Counted from the stretch's first letter, positions 1 to 9,807 are shown. The stretch is DNA of 64,000 bases from Myxococcales bacterium (GCA_045863395.1 BTVJ01000021.1:1-64000); one strand, 5' to 3'. The notes: generated by a model not told the origin, from the sequence alone. Made by a program: numbers and translations.

Positions 1-275
1 GCGATCCAGTTCATGAGGAGGAGGCCGCAGAGCATGGCGAGGAGGCCGGCGCGCGTCCGGCCGAGCACCACCCAGACGCCGGCACCCACCTGCCCGACCC
101 CGTTGACCAGCAGGAGCCAGAGCCCGGGGACCAGAAAGTTGGCGAAGGGGCTGTCCGCGAGCAGCCCCACCTCCATGCCCAGCTTCGCCCCAGTTGGATC
201 AGCGACGAGGAGGGCTCCACCGGCGAGGGCAGCGAGGCCCTGGACCAGGAGCAGCGCGACGAGGACTGTGCGCAT
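1..275 (-). CDS. Small integral membrane protein (5' part; runs off the window)
   Basis: ATG at 275 just after the TAG of the upstream gene; reads MRTVLVALLLVQGLAALAGGALVADPTGAKLGMEVGLLADSPFANFLVPGLWLLLVNGVG..., hydrophobic helices. Confidence 0.7.
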   Translation of the reverse strand, partial: MRTVLVALLLVQGLAALAGGALLVADPTGAKLGMEVGLLADSPFANFLVPGLWLLLVNGVGQVGAGVWVVLGRTRAGLLAMLCGLLLMNWI

Positions 276-276
276 C

Positions 277-3200
277 CTACTGTGGCCCCGTCCCCGCGAC
301 GGGCGTGGTCTTGAACTGGGTGTAGTTGATGCTGCCGACCACCATCTCCTGGACGTGCGTCGCGGTCGGGACCGTGACGCCCCAGTAGTTGCCCGTCGCG
401 CTGAGGGTGCCGCCGCTCAGCACCCCCGACATCTCCGTGCCCCCGGTCGCCGGGGTCGTGTGGGCGATGCGGGCGAGGGTCATGGTGCCAGAGCCATAGG
501 CGTAGGCGTCGTTGACGATGATGGACAGCGCCGTGTAGGTGTCGAACGCAACATCGTAGAAGGTCAGGCCCAGGTTCGTCCCGAAGCTCTGGAGCGTCGT
601 CGCTCCAGAGTAGACCTTGCCGCTGATGGAGGTGGTCGAGGTGTCCTCGGAGTAGCTCGCCTCGAAGTGCAGCACGTGGCCGGCCCCGGGCACCGACCAG
701 GACTTGGACCCCGAGTCGCCGCTCCCATAGGGCGAGGTGGTGGACAGGGCCGCGTTGGCGTAGGCGGTCCTCCACGCCGTCGCGTTCCCGAAGATGTTGT
801 TGCCCGTGACACTCAGGGTCGGGTTGGCGCCGTCGAGGATCGTCGCCTGCACACCCTCCCGGGCGTTGGACTGGATGTTGCTCGACTGGACGCTGCCCGT
901 CGCGGTCCCCTGGATGAGGACGCCGTAGCCGTTGAGCTTCACGTTGCTCGCCGACAGCGCCAGGTGGCTCTTGCGGACGCGCACGCCACCGAGCGCGTTG
1001 TCCTGCACCGTCGCGTTCGTCAGCGCGTTGCTCGTCGACGTGGCGCCGTCCAGCTCCAGGCCCCAGAGCCCGCTCCCGGTCAGGGTCGCCTTGTCGAAGG
1101 TGCGAGCGCCGGTGCCCTCCAGGCGAACGGCGTCCTTGCCCGCCCCGTCGACGAGCAGCTCGGTCGCCACCACGGCCGACGTCCCCGTCGCGTGCAGCCC
1201 GTGCTCGCGGCAGTCGAGCACGGTGACGTTGCTCAGGTTCGTCGCCCCGGCCTGGGCCCGGAGGCACGTCCACCCGTCGCTCAGGGTCGCGTGGGTCATG
1301 GTCGTGGTCCCCGCGCCCGTGCCCTGGACGAACGTGTAGCCACCCTTGGCCGGGATGGTCCCCTCCACATCGAAGGACACGGGGCTCCCGGGCGCCCCCT
1401 CCACGCTCAGGGTCCCGGCAGCCCGGTCGATGAACCAGTCGCCACGCCCGTCGCCGTCCTGGTCCGTGGGGACGAAATTCACCGTGGTGCCGGGCGCGAT
1501 GGTCAGCGTCGCCCCCGATCCGACCGTGACGCCGCCGGTCACCCAGACATCGCCGGACCACGTGGTGCTGGCGGTCAGCGTGACCCCCCCGACCCACGGC
1601 CAGGGGTCCCAGGTCGCGTCGAAGGGCGCGCCGACGAAGCCCTGGATGGTGAGCTGCGGCGGGTCCTGGTAGCTCACCATGGAGAGCGCGTCGGGCCACG
1701 CCCCCAGGTAGTTGAAGCGGGCGTCCACCGTGCCGCTCGTCAGCAGCGACGCGAGCTGGCGGGACTTCGTGGGGTCCAGGTACGCCACTCGGTTCAGCGT
1801 CATCGTGCCCGAGCCGTAGGCGTAGGCGTCGGCGACCTTGACGCTCAGGCTCTTGATGGTCTCGTCGGGCATCTCCAGGAAGACGAGGGACGTGTTGCTC
1901 CCGTAGCTCTGGAGCACCGTGCTCCCGCTCAGGAGCTGCCCGGTGATCGAGGTCGTGGACGTGTCCTCGGAGTAGGTGACCTCCGCCGCCAGCGCCGGCC
2001 CCCCCGGCGACGTCCAGGCGCCCACCGAGGCGTCGCCGCTGCCATAGGGCGACGTCACGCTCTTGTTGAGATACACCACCTCCATGGACCCCTCGGTGGC
2101 GTTCTCGAAGATGTTGTTCCACTGCACATCAGGGGTGGGGTTGCCGTTCGAGACGTTGGTGACGCGCACCCCCTCCTGCTTGTTGAAGCGCAGGGTGGAG
2201 TGGGTGACGCTGCCGTCCGAGGGCCCCTGGAACCAGACGCCGGTACGCCCGTTGGACGTGATGGCGCAGCCGTCGATGTCCGCCGTCCCGCCCTTGAACC
2301 AGAAGCCGTGCAGGCCGTTTCCGGTGACCGTGCAGTCTGCGATCTGGCTCCCCGTGCCGTTCACGAACAGCACGCCCGTCTTGCCGGACGCCTTCACCGT
2401 CAGGTCCGTCGCCAGGATCTTGCCGCCGCTCACCTGGATGCCCTCGTCGACCGAGTCGTGGACGTTGACCCGCGTGAGCGTCGCCACGCCGCCTACCCCC
2501 ACCAGCATCCCCAGCCGGTTGTTGCGCAGCTCCACGTCCGTCAAGGTCGCGGGCGCTCGCACCTCCAGCGCGATGTCCCCATACTCGAAGACCGCGTGCT
2601 CGATGGAGTGCGGCCCCGACCCCGTGGCGAGGGTGACCCGGTTCCAGGAGCTGGCGTTGACCTTGCCGTTGGTGTCGAGGGTGGTGAAGATCACCGGCTC
2701 GTCGGCCGTGCCCTGCACCACCAGCGTGCCCCCGATGGTCAGGTCGAAGTCCCCCACCTGGTCGTTGTTCTGGTCGAACTCCAGGAACACCACCGTCGTG
2801 CCCTTGGCGATGGTCAGAGTCTGCCCGGCGGGTACCGTAGTATCGCCCGTGATGTTGATGGTCCCGTACCAGAGCGTCGTGGTCACCGCGCCGGAGACGT
2901 CCTGCACCGACTGGAAGTTAACGGTGCGGGTGGTGGAAGACACCTGCCCCACCGCGTCTCTCACCTCCATGCGGATGGTGTGCGCGCCGTCGGTGACGTA
3001 CTGGTGGTTCTCCACCTTCTGGGTGCTCCACGGCGTGTCGAACGTGCCGTCGTCCTCCCAGTCCCAGCGGACCTGGAGCGCAGCAGCCAGCGTCTCCGTG
3101 TCGGTGGACCCCGTGGCGTCCACCGTGGCGAGCAGGTTGCCCGAGATCACCGCGCTGAAGGAGGCCACGGGCTTGTCATTCTTCACGAAGAGCTGGCGGG

Positions 3201-6200
3201 GCGCCGAGCTGCCGGCGCTGCCGAGGTTGTCCGTCGCCCGCACGCGGAGCGCGATGGTGCTGTCCGTGAGCGACCCGAGCGGCACCGTGAAGTCGAAGAC
3301 GTAGGGGGCGATCAGGTCCGGCTCGCCGACGACGACCCCATCGGCGACCAGCTCCGCCTTGACGATGCTCCGGCCCGGCGCCGGAGTGACGTCCGCCGTG
3401 ATCCCGGCGACCAGCGTCCCCTGAGTCACCTGCAGGTCCGCCGCCGGCTTGGTGATCAAGACGACCGGCGCGTTGGCGTCGGTGATCTCGACCGTGCAGG
3501 CGGCCACGCCGGTGGCTCCCTGGTTGTCCGTCACCACCACCGTCACCTCGAAGGAGCCTACCTGTGAGAACGCATGCGTCACCTTGCCGCCAGGTCCCGC
3601 CGACTGGAAGCCGTCCCCCCACGTGAACTGGAAGCCCACGATGGTGCCGTCCGGGTCCGATGAGCCGCTGGCGTCGAAGCTGAGGCTCGCGCCGGTCTTG
3701 CCGCCCGGCGGGCACACCAGGGTCGCGGCCGGCGGCTGATTGCCCGCGCCATTCGGGGCGCCGGGCGTCCAGGTGGCGTAGGCGTGGAAGTCCTTGGAGT
3801 TGTCGTCCGTGTCGGTCCCCACCGCGTCGCGCCCGTGGCTCGACCCCTCGGGCGCCACTGGGGCCGGCGCGCCCTCCCCCGCGAAGATGGCGCCGGCGAA
3901 GCTGCCGTACCCGAACGCATCCACCACCTGGGCGCCCCACCGGAGCTGGATGCTGTCCGGACCGTTCTGGTAGTCGGCGAGGGTCGAGATCTGGTCCGAC
4001 GCCGCCACCACCTCCGAGATCGACCCCGTCTTCCCCACCACGAAGAGGCCGTCGTCGCCGATGCTCCCGACCAGCGCGATGACGTTGTACTCCTGCCCGT
4101 TGGCGCCGTTGATGCCCACCAGCGAGAAGCCGTCCAGCGGCAGGCCCGGCTCGCCGAGCAGCTCCACGAAGGCGGTGGTGTCCGACCCCTGCGCGTTGTA
4201 GAGGACCTCGTTCAGCACTACCTTGCCCGGGGCCGCCGTGCCCTTGCACTCGCCCGCCACGCAGGTCTGGTTCTGGCCGCAAGAGACGGTCGTACCCCAC
4301 CCGAGGCAGCCGTCCTGGTTCCAGTCGCCGCACTGCCGCGTGCCGTTCCCCGTCGGGGTGCACTCGACCAGGCCCACCGCCGGGCAGTCGTCCACGCAGG
4401 TGGTCGCGCAGTTCCCCGCCGAGCAGACGAGCCCCGGACCACAGGCGACGCCAGACCCCCACTCCAGGCAGCCGTCCACGTTCCAGTCGTCGCAGGTCTC
4501 CACCGCGCCCGCCACGTTGCACTGCTTCTCCCCCACCACGGAGCACGTGCTGGTGCAGCCGAGCGCGCAGCTCCCGGCGGAGCAGATCTCGCCGTCTCCG
4601 CAGGCCGTCGGTGTGCCCCACTCCAGGCAGCCGTCCTGGTCGTGGTCGTCGCAGGCCTGCCACGCGGCGCCCGCACACTGCTTGGCCCCCTTCACGGTGC
4701 ACTCGTCCTTGCACCCGAGGGCGCAGCTCCCGTTGGAGCACGTCAGGCCCGGGTCGCAGGCCACCGCGGTGCCCCACTCCAGGCAGGGATCCGCGTCCGT
4801 GTTGCCGCAGGTCTTGACCCCGTTGCCGTCGCAGGCCTTGGCGCCCGCCGTGGTGCACTCGTCCACGCAGGTGGACGAGCACGAGCCGTTGGAGCAGCTC
4901 TGGCCCGCCTCACAGGGCACCACCGAGCCCCACTCCAGGCAGCCGTCGCCGTTGGCGTCTCCGCAGACCTTCGTGCCGGCCCCCTCACACGCCTTTGCCC
5001 CCTTGACCGTGCACTCGTCCTTGCAGGTGGCCGTGCAGAAGCCGCCGGAGCACGACAAGCCCGGGGCGCACGCCTGAGGCGTCCCCCACTCCAGGCAGGG
5101 GTCGGCGTCCGTGTTGCCGCAGGTCGCGACCGCGCTCCCGTCGCACTTCTTGGCGCCGACCACGGAGCACTCGTCCGTGCAGGTGGACGAGCAGTTGCCC
5201 GACGAGCACGACTGCCCGGCCTCGCACGCCACGACGGAGCCCCACTCCAGGCAGCCGTTCTGGTCGAAGTCGTCGCAGGTCTTCACGCCGCCGCCCTCGC
5301 AGGCCTTGGCGCCCTTGGTGGTGCACTCGTTGGTGCAGGTCGTGCCGCAGAAGCCGTTGGAGCAGGTCTCACCGACGCCGCAGGGGGACGCCGTGCCCCA
5401 CTCCAGGCAAGGGTCCGCGTCGCTGTTGCCGCAGACCTGGACGGCCTGGCCCAGGCACTTCTTGGCGCCGGTCACGGAGCACTCGTCGATGCAGGACGTG
5501 GAGCAGGAGCCCGCCGAGCAGGTCTGGCCCGCGGCGCACGCCTGGACCGTCCCCCACTCCAGGCAGCCGTTGCCGTCGGCGTCCCCGCAGACCTTGTAGC
5601 CGTTGCCGTCGCAGGTCTTGGCGCCCTTCACGGTGCACTCGTCGGTGCAGCCGATCTGGCAGAAGCCGTTGGCGCAGGTCTGCCCGCTGGCGCAGGCGAC
5701 CGCCGTCCCCCACTCCAGGCACCCGTCGCCGTTGGAGTCGCCGCAGGTCTGCACCGCCGCGCCGCTGCACTTCGTGGCGCCGATGACGCTGCACTCGCTC
5801 ACGCAGTCCGACGAGCAGAAGCCCGACGAGCACACGTCGCCGCCGGCGCACGCCGTCACCTTGCCCCACTCCAGGCAGCCGTCGCCGTCGTGCTCGCCGC
5901 ACTCCTGCCATCCACCAACCCCAGCGCACTGGCGCGCGCCGCTGACCGTACACTCGTCGGTGCACGAGGACGCGCAGGAGCCGCCGGAGCAGACCAGCCC
6001 GCTCTGGCACGGGGTGGAGCTGCCCCACTCCAGGCAGCCGTCGAAGTTGAGGTCCGCGCAGACGACCACGGAGTCTCCGTCGCACTTCTTGGCGCCCTGC
6101 ACCGTGCACTCCTCGGTGCCGGCGCAGCCGACGGAGCAGAAGCCGCCCTGGCACACCGTCCCCCCGATGCAGTCGACGGGCCCGCCCCACTCCAGGCAGC

Positions 6201-6693
6201 CGTCCTTGTCGTAGTCCTTGCACGTCACGACGGCGTTGCCGTCGCACTGCTTCTCGCCGACGACGGCGCAGGCGTCCTCGCAGGTCAGCGCGCAGTGGCC
6301 GTCCACGCACAGCAGCTCGCCGCAGGGCTCCGCCTTGCCCCAGTCGAGGCAGCCGCCCGTCTCGACGCACGTCTGCACGCCGTTGCCGTCGCAGCGCAGC
6401 GCCCCGGCCGCGGGGCATTGGTCCTCGCAGGTCGGGACGTCCGCCGCGGCATCCGGTGCGTCGGTCCCGCCGTCCGATCCCCCCGTGTCCTGGGTCGCCG
6501 TGTCTGCCGGCTGTGCTCCATCCTCCCCGACGCCCCCGGCGTCCTCTGCACCGATCCCGCCAGAGTCCGCGGCCGCCCCATCCGTGCCGCCGCCCGCGTC
6601 GAACGTCCCCGTCCCAGCGGTCCCCCCGCTGTCACACGCCCAAAGAACCAGGACCAGGGCGGCCCACGCTCCGCCACACAACGTCAAACGCAT
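277..6693 (-). CDS. Giant (2138 aa) surface lipoprotein: 14 Cys-rich repeats, lamin-tail-like domain, PKD/Ig-like domains, two right-handed beta-helix modules
   Basis: Lipobox-like LWAC; repeats ending DxDGCLEWG; VVLNEVLYN...FVEL (LTD-like); FDASGSSDPDG...WGDG and VRWDWEDDG (PKD); Asn/Gly parallel beta-helix repeats. Confidence 0.85.
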   Translation of the reverse strand: MRLTLCGGAWAALVLVLWACDSGGTAGTGTFDAGGGTDGAAADSGGIGAEDAGGVGEDGAQPADTATQDTGGSDGGTDAPDAAADVPTCEDQCPAAGALRCDGNGVQTCVETGGCLDWGKAEPCGELLCVDGHCALTCEDACAVVGEKQCDGNAVVTCKDYDKDGCLEWGGPVDCIGGTVCQGGFCSVGCAGTEECTVQGAKKCDGDSVVVCADLNFDGCLEWGSSTPCQSGLVCSGGSCASSCTDECTVSGARQCAGVGGWQECGEHDGDGCLEWGKVTACAGGDVCSSGFCSSDCVSECSVIGATKCSGAAVQTCGDSNGDGCLEWGTAVACASGQTCANGFCQIGCTDECTVKGAKTCDGNGYKVCGDADGNGCLEWGTVQACAAGQTCSAGSCSTSCIDECSVTGAKKCLGQAVQVCGNSDADPCLEWGTASPCGVGETCSNGFCGTTCTNECTTKGAKACEGGGVKTCDDFDQNGCLEWGSVVACEAGQSCSSGNCSSTCTDECSVVGAKKCDGSAVATCGNTDADPCLEWGTPQACAPGLSCSGGFCTATCKDECTVKGAKACEGAGTKVCGDANGDGCLEWGSVVPCEAGQSCSNGSCSSTCVDECTTAGAKACDGNGVKTCGNTDADPCLEWGTAVACDPGLTCSNGSCALGCKDECTVKGAKQCAGAAWQACDDHDQDGCLEWGTPTACGDGEICSAGSCALGCTSTCSVVGEKQCNVAGAVETCDDWNVDGCLEWGSGVACGPGLVCSAGNCATTCVDDCPAVGLVECTPTGNGTRQCGDWNQDGCLGWGTTVSCGQNQTCVAGECKGTAAPGKVVLNEVLYNAQGSDTTAFVELLGEPGLPLDGFSLVGINGANGQEYNVIALVGSIGDDGLFVVGKTGSISEVVAASDQISTLADYQNGPDSIQLRWGAQVVDAFGYGSFAGAIFAGEGAPAPVAPEGSSHGRDAVGTDTDDNSKDFHAYATWTPGAPNGAGNQPPAATLVCPPGGKTGASLSFDASGSSDPDGTIVGFQFTWGDGFQSAGPGGKVTHAFSQVGSFEVTVVVTDNQGATGVAACTVEITDANAPVVLITKPAADLQVTQGTLVAGITADVTPAPGRSIVKAELVADGVVVGEPDLIAPYVFDFTVPLGSLTDSTIALRVRATDNLGSAGSSAPRQLFVKNDKPVASFSAVISGNLLATVDATGSTDTETLAAALQVRWDWEDDGTFDTPWSTQKVENHQYVTDGAHTIRMEVRDAVGQVSSTTRTVNFQSVQDVSGAVTTTLWYGTINITGDTTVPAGQTLTIAKGTTVVFLEFDQNNDQVGDFDLTIGGTLVVQGTADEPVIFTTLDTNGKVNASSWNRVTLATGSGPHSIEHAVFEYGDIALEVRAPATLTDVELRNNRLGMLVGVGGVATLTRVNVHDSVDEGIQVSGGKILATDLTVKASGKTGVLFVNGTGSQIADCTVTGNGLHGFWFKGGTADIDGCAITSNGRTGVWFQGPSDGSVTHSTLRFNKQEGVRVTNVSNGNPTPDVQWNNIFENATEGSMEVVYLNKSVTSPYGSGDASVGAWTSPGGPALAAEVTYSEDTSTTSITGQLLSGSTVLQSYGSNTSLVFLEMPDETIKSLSVKVADAYAYGSGTMTLNRVAYLDPTKSRQLASLLTSGTVDARFNYLGAWPDALSMVSYQDPPQLTIQGFVGAPFDATWDPWPWVGGVTLTASTTWSGDVWVTGGVTVGSGATLTIAPGTTVNFVPTDQDGDGRGDWFIDRAAGTLSVEGAPGSPVSFDVEGTIPAKGGYTFVQGTGAGTTTMTHATLSDGWTCLRAQAGATNLSNVTVLDCREHGLHATGTSAVVATELLVDGAGKDAVRLEGTGARTFDKATLTGSGLWGLELDGATSTSNALTNATVQDNALGGVRVRKSHLALSASNVKLNGYGVLIQGTATGSVQSSNIQSNAREGVQATILDGANPTLSVTGNNIFGNATAWRTAYANAALSTTSPYGSGDSGSKSWSVPGAGHVLHFEASYSEDTSTTSISGKVYSGATTLQSFGTNLGLTFYDVAFDTYTALSIIVNDAYAYGSGTMTLARIAHTTPATGGTEMSGVLSGGTLSATGNYWGVTVPTATHVQEMVVGSINYTQFKTTPVAGTGPQ
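4235..6435 (-). repeat. 14 tandem ~52-aa Cys-rich repeats (C.DEC...GAK.C.G.....C.D.D.DGCLEWG....C..G..CS.G.C)
   Basis: ccccactccaggca recurs about every 156 nt; 14 CL[EDG]WG motifs counted in the translation; boundaries approximate. Confidence 0.9.
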
Positions 6694-6789
6694 CGGACAC
6701 CTCCTGTGCGCCGGGACGGTCCCCGGCGTTGCGAGGCAATATCGCCACGCGCGCGCCGGATCAAGCGAAATGGGCTGACGTGAGTGACT

Positions 6790-7788
6790 CTACAGCTTGC
6801 GCGTTGCCAGCAGGCGCCCCACGTGCTCGGCGGCCTCGTCGAGGGCGGAGCGGCCGGGCCAGCCGGCCATGGACACGATGAACCGCTCCCCGGTGTCGCC
6901 CCGCTTCACGAACACCACGTCGCTGAACCACTCACGGGCGTAGCCGGGCTTGCTCCAGGTCTGGATCTTCACGTCCCCGAAGCCGCGGCGCAGCCCGTCG
7001 AGCACGCCGTTGCCCCGGGAGCGCTTGGCCGACATGGCGCTTCGGAGCAGCTTGAGCTCCACGGCGCCCAGGGCGAACCGCTGATCCTCGGGCAGCTTCT
7101 CGTGCATCATCACGCGACGCAGGTTCTCGGCCAGCTCGCGCAGCGTCGTGCAGTTGCCCTCCTCGGGGCAGTCGAACTGCCGCTTGCCCGCCCGCTCCGG
7201 CACCTTGACCGTTCGCCCACCCTCCACGAGCTCGATGGGCGGCGAGTGTCGGGTCGTCGTCGTGTTGGTCTCCGGGTCCTTGACCCGCCCCGAGTAGGCG
7301 CGCAGCAGCACGGTCTTGCTGAAGCCGTTGCGGGGCGTGAAGAAGCGCCCGTTGAGGTCATCGAAGCCCACCAGCTCCACGAGCATGTCGTAGGCCTTGT
7401 TGTCGCTCGGGGTCAGCGCGCGGCGCACCACCTGCTCGACGGTCAGCGTCTTGGGTCCCGACCCATAGAGCCACGTGCCCCGCGCCTTCGGGGTCAGCCC
7501 CAGCGCCTTCGTCTTCTCCAGCGCCGCGGTCGCCGCGAAGAGCTTGACGCAGGAGGCCGGCCACCAGTCGTCCCGGTGCTCCGACGAGCCGCCGGTGTCG
7601 TAGGCGGCGATCACGGCGCCCTTGTCGTCGAGCTTCAGCACGAGCGCCTTGAACTGCTTGGGTGGCTTGAACCCGCCCCCCTCCAGCAGCCGGGGCAGGG
7701 TCACCTGGTCCACGGGCTGAGCGACCGCGCTCACCGCGACCGACAGGACCGCCGCGACCATCCACCCCACGAGCTTGCCGTGCGCCAT
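6790..7788 (-). CDS. Secreted serine hydrolase, class A beta-lactamase/PBP-like fold
   Basis: RBS ggagga; signal peptide; PASCVK (SxxK), SDN and KPG (KTG-like) motifs. Confidence 0.75.
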   Translation of the reverse strand: MAHGKLVGWMVAAVLSVAVSAVAQPVDQVTLPRLLEGGGFKPPKQFKALVLKLDDKGAVIAAYDTGGSSEHRDDWWPASCVKLFAATAALEKTKALGLTPKARGTWLYGSGPKTLTVEQVVRRALTPSDNKAYDMLVELVGFDDLNGRFFTPRNGFSKTVLLRAYSGRVKDPETNTTTTRHSPPIELVEGGRTVKVPERAGKRQFDCPEEGNCTTLRELAENLRRVMMHEKLPEDQRFALGAVELKLLRSAMSAKRSRGNGVLDGLRRGFGDVKIQTWSKPGYAREWFSDVVFVKRGDTGERFIVSMAGWPGRSALDEAAEHVGRLLATRKL

Positions 7789-7911
7789 CGACGTTCCTCC
7801 AGTCTGAAGACGCCGTGGGTACCATGGTCTGGGCGCGGCGTCCACGTCCCGGGCTTGCGCACCCCCACCCAGGCGGACCATGTTGGAGGCAGGGTGGACG
7901 GAGTTGCTCAG

Positions 7912-9027
7912 ATGGACGGCCCCCTGGTCACGCAGGACCTCGTCGCACGCGCCCTGGATCGCCAGTCCCTGCGCGAGCTGGACCACGACGGACTCCTCTA
8001 CCACCGGTTCCGTGACGACGCGGCGGGCGTCGCGCGGGGGACGGTGCTCATCGCCGGCCACGCGGTGCCGAGCTACCCGTCCATCGGGCGCATCTTCGTG
8101 CTGGAGCGGGGCCTGCAGCGCACCTTCGGTGACGGCCCCTTCTGGGCGGAGGAGAAGATCGACGGCTACAACGTGCGCGTGGTGCGCGTCGAGGGGCGGC
8201 TGTTGCCCCTGACCCGCGGGGGCTTCGTCTGCCCCTTCACCGAGGACCGCCTCGCCGACATGGCCGACCTGCACCCGCTCTTCGACGTGATGCCCGACGC
8301 GGTCCTGTGCTGTGAGGTGGCCGGGCGCGACAACCCCTACATCGACGCCTGCCCACCCCAAGCGGGGGACGACGTGCGCCTGTTCGCCTTCGACCTGATG
8401 CGCCTCGACGCCCCCGGCTTCGTGCCGCTCGCCCGGCGCGACGCGCTGCTCGACGGCCTGGGCGTGCCGCGCGCCCGGGTGCGGGGGCGGTACACCATTG
8501 CGCACCTGGACGCCATCCGCCGCGACGTCCTGGCGCTGGACCACCTCCGCGCCGAGGGCTTGATCTTCAAGCCGCCCGGCGAGGGGCTGCGCGTGAAGTA
8601 CGTGACCCCGTCCATCGAGCTCGTGGACATTGCCGAGGACGCCGAGCTCCTCGCCGAGCTGCCCGGGGAGTTCTTCTCCAACCGCCTCCTGCGCCTGGCG
8701 ATCAGCCTCGCGGAGCTCGGCCTCACGGCCGGCGTCGCCCACGCGGAGGCGATGGTCGGCAAGGCCCTCGTCCGCGACTTCCTGGCGACGGTGCGCGAGG
8801 TGATGGACGGGGGCGTCGTCGGAAAGACCTACCGGGTGCGCGTCCACTCGGACGGGGTCGCCGACCAGGTGCTCGCGCACCTGCAGCGGGCGTCGAGCAA
8901 GATCCAGGTCCGAGAGGTGGGTCGCCACCGAGAGGGCGACTTCGTGGTGCTGACCCTGCACAAGACCTGGCAGCACTCCACGGCCAAGCTCAAAGGCCTC
9001 CTCGATGGACAGGTCGTGATGGACTGA
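7912..9027 (+). CDS. ATP-dependent RNA ligase, Pab1020/Rnl3 family
   Basis: YPSIGRI, EEKIDGYNVR (motif I KxDG), TRGGFVCPFT, EVAGRDNPY, FAFDL, EGLIFK, RVKYVT; alternative GTG start at 7894 behind ggagg. Confidence 0.9.
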   Translation: MDGPLVTQDLVARALDRQSLRELDHDGLLYHRFRDDAAGVARGTVLIAGHAVPSYPSIGRIFVLERGLQRTFGDGPFWAEEKIDGYNVRVVRVEGRLLPLTRGGFVCPFTEDRLADMADLHPLFDVMPDAVLCCEVAGRDNPYIDACPPQAGDDVRLFAFDLMRLDAPGFVPLARRDALLDGLGVPRARVRGRYTIAHLDAIRRDVLALDHLRAEGLIFKPPGEGLRVKYVTPSIELVDIAEDAELLAELPGEFFSNRLLRLAISLAELGLTAGVAHAEAMVGKALVRDFLATVREVMDGGVVGKTYRVRVHSDGVADQVLAHLQRASSKIQVREVGRHREGDFVVLTLHKTWQHSTAKLKGLLDGQVVMD

Positions 9028-9029
9028 CT

Positions 9030-9644
9030 CTACGTGAACTGGGAGCACTGGTCCCGGGCCGCGGTCTCCACCGTGTCCCGCAGGTGCCGGGGCGGGATGA
9101 GCCGCAACCCGAGCTTGTCCGCCCAGGTGACGACGCCGTTGTCGCTGGAGCAGACCGCCGCCTCCAGCTCGTGGGCGAGCAGCACCACGTCCACGTCCTC
9201 GCGGGAGTCGATGAGGCCCGCACGGAGCGCCTGCCGATACTGGTCGCGGAGCCGGTTGATGCTCCTGTCCACGCTCTCGGCGCTGACCTCCCGCACCGCC
9301 TGCTCCGCGACGCGAAGCCCTCGGTCGATGCGCCGCCGAAGATCGTCGATGAGATCGTAGAGCAGGTAGCCGGGCACCAGGACCCCGAAGCGGCGGGGAG
9401 ACCGCAGCGCCACCACGAGCTCGAAGCCGCTCGGGAGCCCCACGTCCCCGAGGAAGGTCTGGAGCTCCTCGAAGATGGACGTCGGCATGTAGAAGTCCAG
9501 GCGCCCGCGCGCCTTGGACGCGATGCCGAGGAAGGTGGTGAAGGCCTGGTGGGGCGTCTCCCCCCACTGGCGGGCGGTGTCGGGGTTGGTGAAGACGCTC
9601 GTGTCGAGGACGACGCGCAGGGTCTCGGGAGGCTGGGTGTTCAT
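9030..9644 (-). CDS. RNA-free ribonuclease P (HARP, Aq_880 homolog; PIN-type 'RNA ligase partner' protein)
   Basis: VVLDTSVFTNPD, FYMPTSIFEEL, RRRIDRGLRVAE, LRDQYRQALRAGLIDSREDVDVVLLAHEL, SSDNG: conserved acidic metal ligands present; 204 aa. Confidence 0.9.
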   Translation of the reverse strand: MNTQPPETLRVVLDTSVFTNPDTARQWGETPHQAFTTFLGIASKARGRLDFYMPTSIFEELQTFLGDVGLPSGFELVVALRSPRRFGVLVPGYLLYDLIDDLRRRIDRGLRVAEQAVREVSAESVDRSINRLRDQYRQALRAGLIDSREDVDVVLLAHELEAAVCSSDNGVVTWADKLGLRLIPPRHLRDTVETAARDQCSQFT

Positions 9645-9708
9645 GGAGCACCTCCAGCTTCAATGTAGCACGTCCAGGGAGCGCCGGCAGCCGGGGGCCG
9701 GGGCTGTT

Positions 9709-9764
9709 GTCCGAGTGACATCGACGTAGCCCCAATGACAACGACATGGCGCTGTCAATTTGAC
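9709..9764. promoter_or_regulatory. Three NorR-like GT-N7-AC enhancer sites
   Basis: gtccgagtgac (9709-9719), gccccaatgac (9729-9739, one mismatch), gtcaatttgac (9754-9764, palindromic), upstream of a sigma54 promoter. Confidence 0.6.
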
Positions 9765-9789
9765 TACGCATGCGTATCACACATTTTCA

Positions 9790-9802
9790 ATTCAAGCACT
9801 TA
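9790..9802 (+). promoter_or_regulatory. IHF-like binding site
   Basis: attcaagcactta vs WATCAANNNNTTR (1 mismatch), in an AT-rich patch between the enhancers and the promoter. Confidence 0.5.
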
Positions 9803-9807
9803 CACGA

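Noticed and set aside
13..3567. Very long ORFs antisense or out of frame to real genes (also 3784-6783, 11092-15966, 40141-42441 and others)
   Set aside because: Shadow ORFs from high GC and GC3 bias; Arg/Gly/Pro-rich with no motifs, and they overlap well-supported genes
4235..6435. Regularly spaced ccccactccaggca repeats resembling a CRISPR array
   Set aside because: Period of about 156 nt, in frame, with homologous intervening sequence: protein repeats; no cas genes
6790..7788. Bona fide beta-lactam resistance gene
   Set aside because: Only fold-level motifs (SxxK, SDN, KPG); no recognisable class A omega-loop ExxLN, so activity cannot be inferred
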